From NCBI RefSeq assembly GCF_026571515.1, contig NW_026853689.1:124001-185332 (forward strand): 61,332 nucleotides of DNA, read 5' to 3'. Below the pieces are notes generated by a model. That model was given only the letters and a program-made list of their open reading frames with translations. It did no database searches and had not been told where the DNA came from. This document shows positions 41,565 to 56,068 of the stretch, piece by piece; positions within the stretch are counted from its first letter, which is position 1, and every line of letters starts with the position of its first letter. Source of the DNA: Ruditapes philippinarum (Eukaryota). The position numbers were made by a program, and so were the translations under genes.

Positions 41565-43320
41565 TCTGTGTTGACCATGCAGCTTTATTTAATACGGTCA
41601 TGTACTTGTTGACGTGACTGACATATTATGTATCCTGTGTGATAATCAAAGAGAATGTTGACTTTTAAACGAGACGCGTGTGGTACAACTTACAACCCGT
41701 TTGGTCTTGAATACGTGATTTTGCTCGTTGTTATTGTTGTTATTTTTTCTTGTTTGTTTGGGGTATTTTGTTCGTTTGTTTTTGTTGTGTTTTTTTTTAA
41801 CTCAGTGTGTGGCTACGTGTGTGTTGTTTTTATATGATATTCTTCTACGATTCGTCATAAGTTTATTTTAATATTTAATACTATTTATACATATTATTAA
41901 AAAAATCAGAGATAAATGTCGATCAAATACATGTACTTTTTTAAGAAATGTAGAAAATTATTTCACAACAGATACCTACTTATATATAGAAAAAGAAAGA
42001 GTGTAACAAATAGCAAAGATGTTTATTATATACAGTTTGTATACAAATCATGTACATACGTTGACTTTTATAATCGTACACATTTTGGAGCCAATTCAAA
42101 CATTTATTAATGTAATGCATCCTTCTCATCGTGATTTGCTACTTCTACTTCGTCATGATGAGTTTAATCCAAATTCTTCCCCTTAGTTCACTTTATTCTT
42201 CCTTGTCTAACTAAACCAGCAATTCTCTCAATAGCCTTTTCCGTACTTAGTATTGTATCAGCTTATACATATTATACCATACGTACAATTACGTCTTTAC
42301 TACACAAAGATAATAACCTCATTCCGTATTTAAGAGTAATTTATCCATGTAAATTATACAAAGTAACTGAAATAAATATTTGCTAATTTTTAGTATCACC
42401 ATCAGCCATGTAAATATAAATCTGTTTACATTAGATTACCATTTTAAAATATATTCAAAATATGATTGTGTTTGTTGTGTACCATGAGGTGAGTTAAAAG
42501 CTCTAAACTATGGAGAAATATTCATCCCAAAAAGTTACTAGATCAGGACGCTCCACGATCAAGTGTCCTCGCCAAAGCGATTCTCCATATATTGAGCACA
42601 TTCTGACATCTGAAACTCGGATAAAAAAGTGAATAGTTTTCGTTATTGAATTTTCCGTCATATAACAGTCAATATACATTGAGCAAGCAAGTGAGATATA
42701 AAACCAATCGAGAAGGAACAATTTGCATCTGCATATATAGTTCGACAAACTTTAATGTGAATCAGCTGTTTGAAAAGTCTTTTCCTAACCATAATCGTCA
42801 AATAGTCTTTCGTCGATGCGTGTATGACGATCATTTTTTTCTACTGGGGTCTATTCTGAGCTATAAGGAACAAGTACAAGATAATAACAAACTTCCGCTC
42901 GCAATCAAGTTATCGCTTAAATTATTACATTGTAGTCAAAGGACAATTCATTTCTGTGATCGCCAATACGTTCTCACAATACTAAAAACAGCTGAATATA
43001 TTCCTCGATGCTTACATATATAGCTAGCACATTAGGAATAATTAAATGTGTGATTATATTTATTCTCCTGGCTGTTCGCCAAAATCCCAGTATAGAAATT
43101 CTATACTATAGCTCCGACATGTTGAGTAAAACTGGATGTTGTTGTTCTTCTGCCATCTGCATGTTAAGAGTCTAATGACAAATAGTGATAGAATGATTGA
43201 TACTAACCATGTCAAATTCTGGAAAAGAAGAGTTGTAATATATAAAAAATGTACTTTTATTCGTGTTGTTAATTCCCTTTTCCTATCTCTTCTCAGATAG
43301 TAAAAGAGTGCGTGAAATGT
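41565..43320 (+). repeat. Partial duplicate of ~38975-41480 lacking the 39.65-40.83 kb insertion; increasingly noisy
   Basis: Near-identical to 38975-39420 up to ~42030, then colinear with many small insertions. Confidence 0.8.
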
Positions 43321-46300
43321 CTATATATGTGTGACTCTCATATTCTAGTTGACTGTATAGTTTATTTTATGTTCGTACTATATATTTTATTATTTCTGAT
43401 TATTATTCCTCTACAATTAGCATAATTTTGGACAAGGTCATTTAGGTGTACTTAGGATGATCGCTTCCTATTAACTATTTAAAGGGTTATTTCACCTAGA
43501 TAAAGGACCCATATACTATATGTTCAGAATGTAAATAAGACCTTACACTGGTCACATGGTTATACTCTATTCGGCCGTACGCCAGAACTGCTTCACAGAT
43601 CTTCTACCTCTCGAAGAGACAGAATCATCTCGTGGAATCATCACCTAATATTTATAATTTTTACAAAAAAAAATACAATTTTTGATACTTCAGGGCACTT
43701 TTTTTTCATCATTATTATGGCAACTATGGCAAAAGCTCATAAGTCTTCAACAGTCCAATCAATCGTATTCCGTATATCTTTTCATGATAAGTTATATACC
43801 TTATGATAAAGATAGCGACAGTACGCATTGCGACCATCTCATGCTCAACAGTAACAATACGTCTGTTGTCATCTCTAAAATATAGAGCTTACCTTATAAA
43901 TTGATGCCAAACTCCCTTGATTATGATGTCATTATAATTATTAGTTTCGTGCGTATAGCATATTTTCGTCTGAGAATTAAATCAACTAAATATAGCACAC
44001 CTTGACAATGCTACGAGTCTAGCATTATATGATATGCCAGCTCCTTTGCTTGACATGTGAATATTTCTTTTTATTACCTCATTTTGCTTTGGGGGTTGTC
44101 TTACTTTATTGTATTGTACGCAGCACTTGCTGAATCATAGTCAATGGCGAAACTGATAGCCTGTGTAAGATATCCCTTTGTGTAGAACCATCGACACACT
44201 GTAGAGATTCTGCCCATGTCCTCTAGGATAAGAATACCTAGGTCTCTATTGAACTGTAAATGTCGACCAACTTCACTCTCAGTCGATTGGTGCTGCCAAA
44301 GTGATTATAGCCGGCGACCTTAGTAACTTTAGCTTCTGCTTGTCTAAGCTGACCAAAATGAAATCGACAATCTCAAACGGATAAAATTGACCATAGTCTA
44401 GTCTTTTGATAGAACATATGTTTCGAGTTGAAGTAAATGTAGAATTAATAACTGTTGCTGCTTACTATTTTATATACATACTCAGTATACACTGATGAAT
44501 TACATTTATTGCGAAACATTCTATTGTATCAGATTTTTACATTTAATATTATGACGACATTAACTTTAATCAAATGTAGGCAAAAATCTAACAACATCGG
44601 TAATAATATTTAGACAACATTCTATAATAACACTCTCTATTTGTATGTGAAATAAGTCGTTAGTCGTACTATTAATATAATATACACTACAAGATTTTGA
44701 TAAATGCACTTCTTGTGAATGTATTTTAAAGTCCATAAACTTTTTGTATTGCATATCATAATAAGATACAACATCTAAGGAGATGAAGTGAAATCACAAC
44801 TCTCTTTTGAGTGTAGGATTTTATTTCTTTTACATTTAGCCTAAGTTTCTAAATATATAGACACAATACTTATTGAAAGAAACAGAGAATTCTCCCTCTT
44901 TAGGTATACTAGATTTGGTTCTTCACCATCACCAGCTTCTAAAGTGCTAATTTTTAAGAATCTATCACTTATTACTCTGGAGATTGCTCTACACATAAGC
45001 TAGAGAACCTTCATCTTTTGTTATTGCTAAATACTTTCATCTTGCATAAATCTGCTCCTAAATAACTCACTACAGGAAAAATTGTACTAGCAATGTACAT
45101 TAAACTGGCGTTTGTTATAGCGATTAATATATAGTTTTAGACCTCGCACATCGTACGATTTACAAAATCAACACCTTACCCTAATAAAAGCGAATAAATA
45201 GCATCGTTCTTCTTAAAGGCATGGATTACAATTTACATTTTAGCCATGTATTTTGCTACTTGTTCAAATACCCAACATTATCTCTCGATAATAAAAGCGC
45301 TGTCTTTTCAGAGGTAGTCATATTTATCATATATAACTATTTAAAGGCTGCTTCTAACCAATATATTCAATCACTCCTAGTACATTCATTAACTGCAATC
45401 TTCTAGTTAGATACTATTGTGTGATTATAGTATATACTACTTTTACTGAATAATACACACAAAGACAATGATGAACACTGTCGATATTGTTATTTGTTTT
45501 ATTTTATAATCCTCTCTCTCGTAGCAATATTTGATACAACAACTATACCGACGACATATAGATGCACCTCTCGTCCTATACTTGCTTATGAGTGTCGTGA
45601 TTATTCAGTAGTATATATTGCTAGCACTACCTCTTATAATTTATCATCAACCAACTTAATTTGATACAAGCTACATCCATTAACTCGATCGCAACTTCTA
45701 TGATATGCTCGTATATATTTTTGGTTGTAATACACTAAATCATAATAGGTGCTGCTAATCTAAATAATATGATATAACTTTTGACATTCCTATGATATTG
45801 ATGAACTTCTTGTAGATTTTAATCTTGCTGCCGTTTATTTACTCCAACAAACTAACAACACCGGGTCTAAGAATTATAAATGACAATGATACGTCTTATA
45901 GATTTTTAATATCTCTCTATGTCGTGACATTATTGTGTATATAAATTGCACTAGATAATCTACTGAGCGAGTCATTGACAAAAATGCTTAAATGAAAGAT
46001 GTATTATATTATGCTGCTTTGATAACACTAGATTAATGATGCACTTCTCGTAGATATTTAAATCACTATTGTGCTTGTTCTTATTCTTCTGTTTATAAAC
46101 AACACATACAATATAATAGCAATAGATGCGACTTCTATGTGACTCATGTGATTGTATTATTTTTGTTCCTGCATCTATCTTTTTGTACAGCTACTAAATG
46201 TATGGACTCCCTGTACAGTAGAGATTAGATTATACCACTTCTATTACATAACACGTACTATTTAGGCCTGCATTACTGTATCTAAACAACCAATCTTGAA

Positions 46301-49300
46301 TCTAATAGTACTTGTACAATATTCGCTATCTATATATCTCTAATAAAATTCAAGTGAAACTGATCTCATCTCCTCAATTCTAAGTGCTTCTTAAATAGTG
46401 AGAAACTTAAGCACACTACCCAAGAGGCATATATAGTTCTACTCTTGAATACTGATTTAGGTGAGTGTTGCATTGTGCTATAATCTTAAATCATTCGACC
46501 GTAGTTAATGTGCACTTCTGTGTTAGATTTATTTTTTATGCTGCTAGAAATAGAAAACATGAGCAACTAGATTAAGTGCGGAGTAACATGATCTCGATAA
46601 GTCAATAACATCATCTCTCTAATATATTACTCCTCTTCAAACTGTATCTTGCTATCTACTATTTTCTTATAGCTTACGCCATATTTATGTTGATATAGAA
46701 TGCAATACATGCTTAAACACATATGAGAGCAAACCACATTTACGGAGTAATTACAAATCTATTTAATGCATTATTATATCTTAACTATTTCTATATATCT
46801 TCTTTAATCCGTTCCACCTGTAACGTAAACAATAAGGTCGAGCGTTCAAACTGCGACGTTACGCATTATATCACTACGAATTATATTGACAACCTCGGTT
46901 AGGACATAGACTCAATATGTTATTTGTTGCGTCGATGCAAAAATAGTAGTATGCTAAAAATATATGAACACGATCAAAGTATTACTTATTCTATCCTCCG
47001 AAGACAGATCTAGACGACCTTAATCATTACGGTAAAGCACCAGTCTTTACTGATCGGTATCACGTTTAAATAGTGTTTCCTGAAGTACTATACTAATCTG
47101 AAAGTCTACAATTGATGCAATAGAGCATTAAAATCTCAAGAACCTTTGTACTTTTTCTTAAATTAATTGATTCCATCATACTCCTATCCTCTCTCACAAA
47201 TTAATAATCGTACAATGGCGGAATCCGGTCTACAAGTAAAGATCCTCCTGAAAGGATGAAATTTTTGAAGTATACTATATGTCGTACAACTTATATTGAC
47301 CATACTTATAGGAGACGCGCACATTGTTACAAGTATCCTAACGCTGTGTGTCTCTTTAGTTCCTAATGCGTCATATTATTCATTTATAGACTGTTCACCC
47401 ACATACATGAACCACTAGAGCGGTCAGAACAAATATAGACTAGTCAGGTCCCAGACATGTATCATTTAGCATCTTGCTTTGCTTGTATATATGTCTAATA
47501 AACATACTTTGATACTGATGCACTTTCCTGAGTAAGCATTTTAGAAATAGTGTTTTCATGGTTCTTGTTCTAACAATGTAATTAGTCATGCTATATTTAC
47601 ATGTTGATGATAATGAATACATAGGATAATATCTCTATGCTATGATATACTCTCAGTTTTTATTGTTGTTATCACTAGAACATACAAAAAAAAATACACG
47701 GAATACACATGCGGAACCTCTACATTTGCGTTTAGGAGTATTAGCATTTAAACAACTTATATATGTGAAACTAAAAACGTTGATCATTACTCAGATAAAT
47801 ATATCACACTAAATGTTAGATCTGAGAATCTCTACATCTTCTCTGCGCTAGATCTGTTTTATATTGAACTTTTTGACTGTCCTACTGAGTAGCCAAATCC
47901 ATACCTAATTGTAGATAAAGTTAGTATGATGCAATTATCGTGTGTCTATTTTTTTATTGTATATGCTGCTAAATTAAGGTTGGAATAAAAAACACTCACA
48001 TTACGTTTATGAGACTTCATGAACCTTACGTTCTTGTAATTTAATATTTACTTAATACCTATCCTCGTATCAGGTGATGATAAAATCACATCATAGATAC
48101 ATACTGTAGGTGAACAAACTTATAATTCTCCCTGAGTGTCCGTTATTCTCTTATAATTTTCGAATTGTCTCTAATTCTCTAAACTAAATCCAATCCAGCA
48201 CAGGCAAGACAAGTCCGTATGAGCATTTACATATTGTGTAGAAATTTGTTGTGCGTTTATACTTCAATGTGTCTCTGTTCTCCTAACTCTTGAGTACACC
48301 TCACTAGTATAATGCGGATGCACGTTCTTGTTATTGATCCTTGTATACTTTGTGCTACGTTGTAGATACACACTTGATATACCGATAATGATTAGCGCAA
48401 TCATCCTTGGTAAGCACTCTACCTGTTGCTAGCTACTAATAAACACACTATGATAATTAACTTGCCATGTACTCTTTCTCACTAGCATCCGATAACACTT
48501 GCTGATTAGTGAGTATTTTGTACTTGTTAGATAATTTATGCACTTCTTGTAGATATAATATTATGAAATCATATTTGTATATTAACCTTTGATAATATAA
48601 CACGGGAAAATCGACACGCTTGACTACTATATATAACCAGGAGTCAATCACACAATGATCTACTGTGATGCATTGTAGATTAAACTAGGTCCATATGGAT
48701 AGTAAATTTTTAAGTTTCAATTATGCTCCGCATGTCCTCATCTATTCAAAAACACTATATAATCCACAACTATATCAGTCTAAGAGATAATATTAAAATG
48801 AATTGCTACACTTTACTGTAATAGAATTTTGCCTTAATAGATCTCTCAAGTGTCTTACTGCAATAACTTAACACTCTATTAAGAGATAAATGCGAGATGA
48901 CAAACTTCTTGTATATTTATACTATATTAATGTCTATCTCATCATTCATCTATATTTTTATTGATCATCTTATCGGATTGATATGGCAAAATAGCTTATA
49001 GTACATCATATTTATATTGATACTTACTAAGGCGCGCTCAGTGCTCTCTCTAACCTAACAGGCATATTATAGAATTGATGAATGCACTTCTTGTGACTGG
49101 GTTCAGGTATTGATTATTCCTACCTTAATGAGCTGAGGTGTCCAATAATCTTTCTAAACTCAACCACACACAAAGATATGCATCTCCGGGCGTCTATGAT
49201 CTCCTGTTATTACTTATTATATTATATAGTGAGCCTCCTGCCTAATATAAGATATATAAAACATATTGTCCAAGATGACGTCCCTTCTATAAGTACTAGG

Positions 49301-52300
49301 ATGTGTTCCTTATAAAATATTAATATGCTGTGAGCTACCATATCTAAATGGATGATACTACACATATACATTAAACTCACTCAAGAAACCACGCATACTT
49401 GATTAGAGTATAAAGTTTAAACAGCACATTTTCTGTCTGATGTATACATATAATATAGACACTACAATACAGTATGTAACAGTGAGAAAATATTTCTCAT
49501 ACTAAAATGATTCAACTATTAAGGTGTAGCATTTATTGTAACTAAATCGACGTTAAAATGCTACATGATTGAATAATAACTAATATAATAATGTCAAAAA
49601 TACGCCTCATTGTACTCAGATGATCTGCGAAGACATCTTCTTTGTTAATACTATATTCTACAATACTATATTTATATGTAAAAGCCAAATCTCATACATA
49701 TATAAAATCATATACACAACGTAAATTAGTGACTAAAATGTAATTTAGTTCAAGACATTGTATTCTCTTTCTCTAGTATTTTACATATAAATTATATAGT
49801 GTTGATGCTTTATATGCTAATTACAGTAACGTACATCCACTAGTATACGCACCTTCTACTACTTGTAGTCGGTTATCCTCTCTGATTTTATGCATGTCAG
49901 CTACTTAGTTTAATTACAACATACCAAGATGATGCATAACTTATTGCACGTAGATGGTATGCCAGTAATAACTCTCTACTAACTTTGACAGCCTGAAGAT
50001 ATGAAAGTGCCCAACAGCACATAATGTATATATAGTGGGATTGCATCGTTAACTTGATAGTGAATCTGATATATAGCACATTATTTCTCGTTCTAACTCT
50101 AACTCAAAATAATACTACCATCAGCACTAACCATTATTTATGAATAAAAGACATAACCAATCTCATATCGAATATCGTAGAGCTCCTCTAGCATAAATGA
50201 AAGCATAACCTATAATGATAAAAATCAACAAACTATTTGAATCTAAGTGTTAGTCTATATCGAATAAGTGCCATTACAGTGTTCATTATTATGTAAATAG
50301 AATTTTTACATAGATCAAAGAAATAACTCTTTACAGCGCTTGACAACAAAAGACGTGAATAACAAATAACAACAGACTATATGTAATTGGATAGCATAAT
50401 GACCAACATACGTCTGTGAAAGTATTTTTATGTATCTACTCGATGACACTATCATTTAGGCATATAGGCCCCAATACGTTGCATAAAGACAGGCCCATAG
50501 TGCTCTGACATCATTTCTAGTGTGATTATGTCAAGTTTCAATTTATAAATTTTATTTTGATAGACTGCACTACAAATATAACAATTAACGATAATTTTAA
50601 TTGCACATCAAATTCTACTATAAGATATTCTACATAGTCTCTGCACTAGCATGTTAATAATATTCATATAGCAATCACAATTCATATATTCATGTATATG
50701 GCAATTAAGAGTAATAACTTCTGATTGTTCATTTTAATTATAAATTTTTGCTGCTTTTTAAGAATATATATAAATTTATATAGTAAATAGTTATAGATGC
50801 GAATTTTGCATCTTTCACCATATAATTGTAATTTTTCATTTTCATAAGATAGACATAATATGGATATTCATTACAATGTCTGATTTACTTCTAATAAGAA
50901 CTATGCAAACATAATGTTGTTCTTGAATTGCATGATCCAAAATACTCTCATGTATATATCATAAATACTCAAAAAGCCAGTGAGCGGTGAGACGAAAATT
51001 TCATTGAGGGTTTATTATATTCATTTTTTTTTATTCCCATTATATTTTGTTTTCGCTATCCACGTAATAATATTGTACAAATAAAATTATTAAAAGTACG
51101 TCGGATAAGCTGCCTCCAACATATACCTTTGCGAGATATTTGTGTTTCCTTATACTATAAAAGAGAACAATACGAGCTACAATGAGTACACTCTAATACT
51201 AACACATACTGCATCATCTAAGCTGTAGTAACCGCAATAGGCAAGAAATCGATCTAAGAAATTATCTGTGAATTTATTTTGACGACTCCACATAGACAAG
51301 TTTTACCAGGTCATTCGGACCAATAAGCTTTAATGATCATACGATTCATAGAACATTCTAATGATCAGATATATCAATGATTGAAAGCATAAAACAAAAA
51401 TTGAACACGGTTTTGTTAAATTAGACTTTAACTCCTGATTAGTTATATAATACTAGTATAAATAATAGTTATAATAGTTATAAAAACATATTCTGATATA
51501 TCCAAAATAAATTGTGTATTAAATAGAGCTCCGACATAAATCATTTTTATAGGAAACCACACTTAAGTCTCCATATGGAAAGTTTAGCATAAGAATTGTA
51601 TAGCTTGTGACTCTACTTCTCCATCAAGTGCTATAACGTTTCTCTTTTTCAAGAATATCAGACGAATTGCAAACACTATTAACTGATATATCACATTAAT
51701 TCAATATAAATAACTATTCTTCTAATTGATTTCATTATCCTTTATCAAACGCACACTTGTAGCTTAATGATTTAAGTGCTAGCGGTGTACCTAGAACCAC
51801 TCGATTTGTAATTACTGCTGCTGCTACTCAATCCAACCCATTACTCCGAGATAGAATGATGTCCCCAACTCCTTTTCGTAATATATAGAACTATCTCTCT
51901 TGTTTTACGCAACTTTCAGTAATGAAGCTAAATAAATCATGCAACCTTTTGTCAGATGAGATGCGAGAACTGTTCATGCTGCTCACTCAGCTTTACTAAT
52001 TATATGCCATCGTTCTCTCTTGATTATACTATTATCTCTGAGATACTATGATAGCATGCAGTGTCTTGTAAGGATATACTATCAGTTGGCTCGTGTCATA
52101 TCTTTCATATAATATACGAACCATCTCTCAAATAAGAAGGGATTGTACCTGATACCTTCTTTCAGTCAGGAATATCCTACTTTAATTAAGACTGCTTAAC
52201 ATGATAAAGCATACGATAGAGATACTATTGAACATCTACTTAACATATCCACCAAAAAACAATATTTCGCTTGGTGGTCATCACAATATATTTCTTACTG

Positions 52301-52586
52301 GCATACTAAAAACACACTACGATAATGCTGCACTTCTGTTAGTTATGTACTTCCATTCAATAACATTATATGCTTTGATTACTTAATCATATTAATAACG
52401 ATTTCCTTATAGTAGTTCTTATTTTTCTGAGTTCGAATGCGATTAATTTGAAAGATTTTTACAAATTGAGAAAACAACTAGTGAAAAGTGATATCTTAGT
52501 ACAAAACAACAAATAATTTTCTTAAGTTAAGTCAAGTTTTAATCTATGTGTATATTAAGGCGCGATTATACTTCGGATCAAAATAC

Positions 52587-52751
52587 CTTTAAGACATTCA
52601 ACATGAGCATCTAAAAACGTAAATACTGGGGCTGTTGCCATTTTTGCCCCAATAAGACGAGCTCTGATCAACCCTTCATGTTGCGATGTACGTATCAGAT
52701 GAGCTTTACTTATTTGTGATATGGTTGTTTCCAGTGACTTACCATCCTCAG
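52587..52751 (-). CDS. GALNT: GALNT exon 4 (DxH metal-binding motif)
   Basis: ttttttacag|CTGAG acceptor; 165 nt open frame [55 protein letters not shown]; AAAG|gtattt donor. Confidence 0.88.
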
Positions 52752-53856
52752 CTGTAAAAAAAGAGATAGAATGGTTAGCTCACGGAGTGATGGTTTCCCT
52801 TTGCTACTAATGTAGCAAGACTGCAACTTTGTTTCGTTCATAAAGAAATGTTTCGGATAAAGATTAAGCGGAGAACGTTTACTGGAGTACAGACTAATGA
52901 TGTACAAATGATGAAAGAATTAATACACCCATGGATCGACAATTACATTATATAGTTATGCTGAAAACAACAAGAAGCACCTTTACTCATTCGTGCTAAA
53001 CTTACATTAACCCTAACAAGTGGGTATTTTTAACTGTTTAAATGTAAAAATATTAATATTGCTTTGGAATGACACAGTATACTGATGATATGTCCGGTAA
53101 ATTCCGGGAATAGGTTGACGAATACCGGAAGCCAAGGTCGAACGAACCGCCTATGGCCGAAAAATCGTACAGATTTGAATTATCTTTTTTACAGTAATCA
53201 AATGATAACATGTTCAGTATTTTGTATACAATCTTCTTTATTTTTTCATGGATTAGACTCCGTTTCACTTTTACTGTCCGTTGAAATGTGCGTCCCAATT
53301 CATCATTTTGAATTATCACTTGAACCTTGTATTCAAAAAAAACTTACACGTTCATACTTGCTGTTTTCTTTTCAAGCACAGATGTTGCCTGTCTTTTAAA
53401 ATAATGATTAGTCGATTTTACTATGGGAAAACTTACTTGGTAAATAATAAATTACATTGCGCCATTCTTCATTATCTAAAAGGACTGGAAAATATCTACT
53501 TGGCTAATAAAACTCAGTTTACCTAAAGTTGAAAAGTCGTCAACAAGAATTATTTCTTTCAGTAAGTAGTCCGGTGTCCTATTGATCACAGAAAATATAG
53601 AGCGTAGTAATACAGAACGTGCCTCGTTGTGAAAAACGATTATTACGCTGGTTTTTGTGGTTAGCATCTGCTGGTGCCGAGGATTTAAACGTCATAGGCT
53701 ATCTGCTTACAGCTGAAAAAAACATTGCACGCACATGTTTATTTTTCCGAAATTCTACCACACATCTGTAAGCAGGATTTGATAAACCTTACAAAGATGT
53801 GCGACTTCAAGATGTAAATGTTGTTTTTGTTTGTTTTAATTTGATTTTTTTTGTTT

Positions 53857-53899
<43 letters not shown>

Positions 53900-56068
53900 A
53901 AAATATCTAGAACGATTTTAATTCCCAAACACATCTTTAGGCAAATGCCTGAAATCATCTTAGGGAGTCCTAACTTTTTCGAACAAAAAGAAACATACTA
54001 TTGTAGTAAAAACCTTTGATAGCTAAAATGAAACGAAAATTTGAACTAACCTTTCACTACGTATATTCTGGGGCAATAAAAGTTCTATTGACGGAAATCA
54101 TAATCCACTTATATAGGCATTAAAGCCGTGTACTGTGTATAAACTTATCCATCTTTGTTTCTCCTCAGCTTGGCATTTTCTCATAGTCAACAGTAACCCC
54201 CGTGCCATTCTCGCCTTTATTACAATATTCCCAGGTAAAATACAAGATTGGTTTAATTTTGTCTTTATTTTGCATGCAATTTTTAAAATGACGCTTTCTG
54301 TGAATTAGTTTATGCCAGATAGATATGTTTTATTCATTATCTATAAAGATTGTCTATGAAACAGATAAATCTATTTTCGCCAAATAGGTATAAAAACTAG
54401 TTCATTTCATGTTTTAAAAAAACAACAAAGTGGAATTCAAAGGATGTGTAAAAATTGTTCCAAGAGCCTATTATGGGCTTGGAAATAACTTATTTTCATG
54501 TTGTTTACAATAATGCAATTGATTGAAATTTTAACGGGCTCACCTTTGTTAGTAAAAAAGTTTACTTTTATCTTCGCATTTTTTATATTTTAATGTTATC
54601 CTTATTTGCATCTTTGTACAGGAATAATCCAGAATCTGAATCTTTCATGTTATCAATAGTTTTATTTTTTTTCCTTCTTCAATTTTATCATAACCTTTTA
54701 TAAGATACTGATTAAGGATGTCATTATCTTGTTTTTTTTTATCTTTTTTCTGTTTCAACATGTTTGATTTTTTTCAATTCTTTACTGTTTTTTGTCTTTA
54801 AGCCCCCAATGCACCCACTGGTGTAATAGTTTTGTTAGATTTTTTATCATTATGTTCAATTTCTTTTAATCTTGCAAATGGCTGATAACCGTGATAAAGA
54901 CATTTTCGTTTTTGTTTCAACTCGGCCTTGTTTTAGAGTCTACCTTTGGTAAATTCTTAATTTCTTGTACTAAAACATCACCTTTGGCATTATAATGTAG
55001 CTGTTACCTCTTCCAAACGCGTATCATTGAGGAATCTTTATCGGGAACGCGTTACTTCAGCATATAGGCTTAATTTCGTCTTTTCCATTTTTTAACAAAA
55101 TTATCATCGTGTCATTGTCATCACCTACCGCATCTTCATCTTTCATCATTGTCGATCTTCTCCCATTCGTCAAGGACAGTCCAATGCGCCATTTTTATCA
55201 TCAAAATCTCTATACTTAGCCTGCTCTTCTATTTTCTTCTTCTTATTTCCTCCGTATCTTCTACATCGTTCTCACCTTTACCATCCGTTTCAAATTCTTC
55301 GTTATTATTCTCTTCATTATCATATAATTCAGCATTGTCTTGTACAGCTTTTTCTGAATCTTCATCTCTAACTTGAAATTTAAACAACCCGTCATGTTTG
55401 TTAAAACCTCTTTCTCCGATATTATCCATTTGAAAGTTTACATTATGTTCATTTTGGTCTTGTTCCCACTTGAAATTATCATTGTTTTCCATTTGAGCGT
55501 GTACATTTCCTCCGGTATCCTTATTTTCAATGTCATTTACGTCCTCGTTGTCATTAAAATGAGCTTGTCCCCTTTCTAAATCTTCTCCGTCGCCTTCCTC
55601 TTCTTCACCATCTTCAGCATTATCGTTGTCTTCTTCATTTTCATTTCCTTTCCCTTCTATAACATGTGCAGGGAAACCTTGTTCTTCGTCACTTCCTTCT
55701 TCGACATCTTTTTCTCCTTTATTTTCGCTTTCTTCTTCATTCACTACACTGTCATTATTCTCTCCATCCTCTTCATTTTTTCCTTTGTCTTTTTCAGTAT
55801 CACCTCCTTCTAGTATTTCAGGTGTTGTATCTTCTCTATTAAAAGCATTTTTGTTCCAATTTTTCGACCAGTTCCCAACATTTTGAATGGGTTCATCTGT
55901 AACATCATACTCATTGGATATGTAAAAGCCATCTTGTGTATACAAGTCTCCATCTGATCGTCTACTCTTTGCCCCATTCTTTACAACAATGTATGTGATA
56001 CAAATCCATGTGCACATACAACCTGCAGCAAGAATGTAAAACAGTTGCCTAGACAAACGAAATGGCAT
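52587..56068 (-). CDS. GALNT: Polypeptide N-acetylgalactosaminyltransferase (GT27), 5' part; exons approx 56068-54544, 54214-54051, 53712-53523, 52751-52587; frameshifted in this assembly
   Basis: Type II membrane anchor ([21 protein letters not shown]) and acidic stem, followed by GENGTGV...[55 protein letters not shown] and [28 protein letters not shown] (DxH motif). GT-AG junctions have compatible phases. The remaining catalytic and ricin exons are not readable. Confidence 0.88.
53523..53712 (-). CDS. GALNT: GALNT exon 3 (GT-A fold start)
   Basis: ttttcag|CTGTAAG acceptor; [10 protein letters not shown]...[10 protein letters not shown]; TTAG|gtaaac donor. Confidence 0.88.
53857..53895. 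repeat. Poly-T tract in GALNT intron
   Basis: ~39 consecutive T. Confidence 0.9.
54051..54214 (-). CDS. GALNT: GALNT exon 2 (GENG...FNAYIS...ISVNR; contains indels)
   Basis: aaag|GCGAGAATGGC start and GAAAG|gttagt donor; family-typical motifs. Confidence 0.7.
54544..56068 (-). CDS. GALNT: GALNT exon 1: cytoplasmic tail, TM anchor and long D/E/N/K-rich stem
   Basis: ORF 56068-55229. Similar low-complexity coding sequence continues through frameshifts to donor AAAG|gtgagc at 54544/54543. Confidence 0.7.

Noticed and set aside
42503-52386. Short ORFs in the 42-52 kb block
   Set aside because: No motifs, and the underlying sequence appears error-ridden.
55149-55886. Ser/Phe-rich + strand ORFs
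   Set aside because: Antisense to the acidic GALNT stem.
52587-56068. Calling GALNT a true pseudogene
   Set aside because: Catalytic motifs and splice sites are intact, and the indels resemble the adjacent sequencing noise. This cannot be decided without reads.
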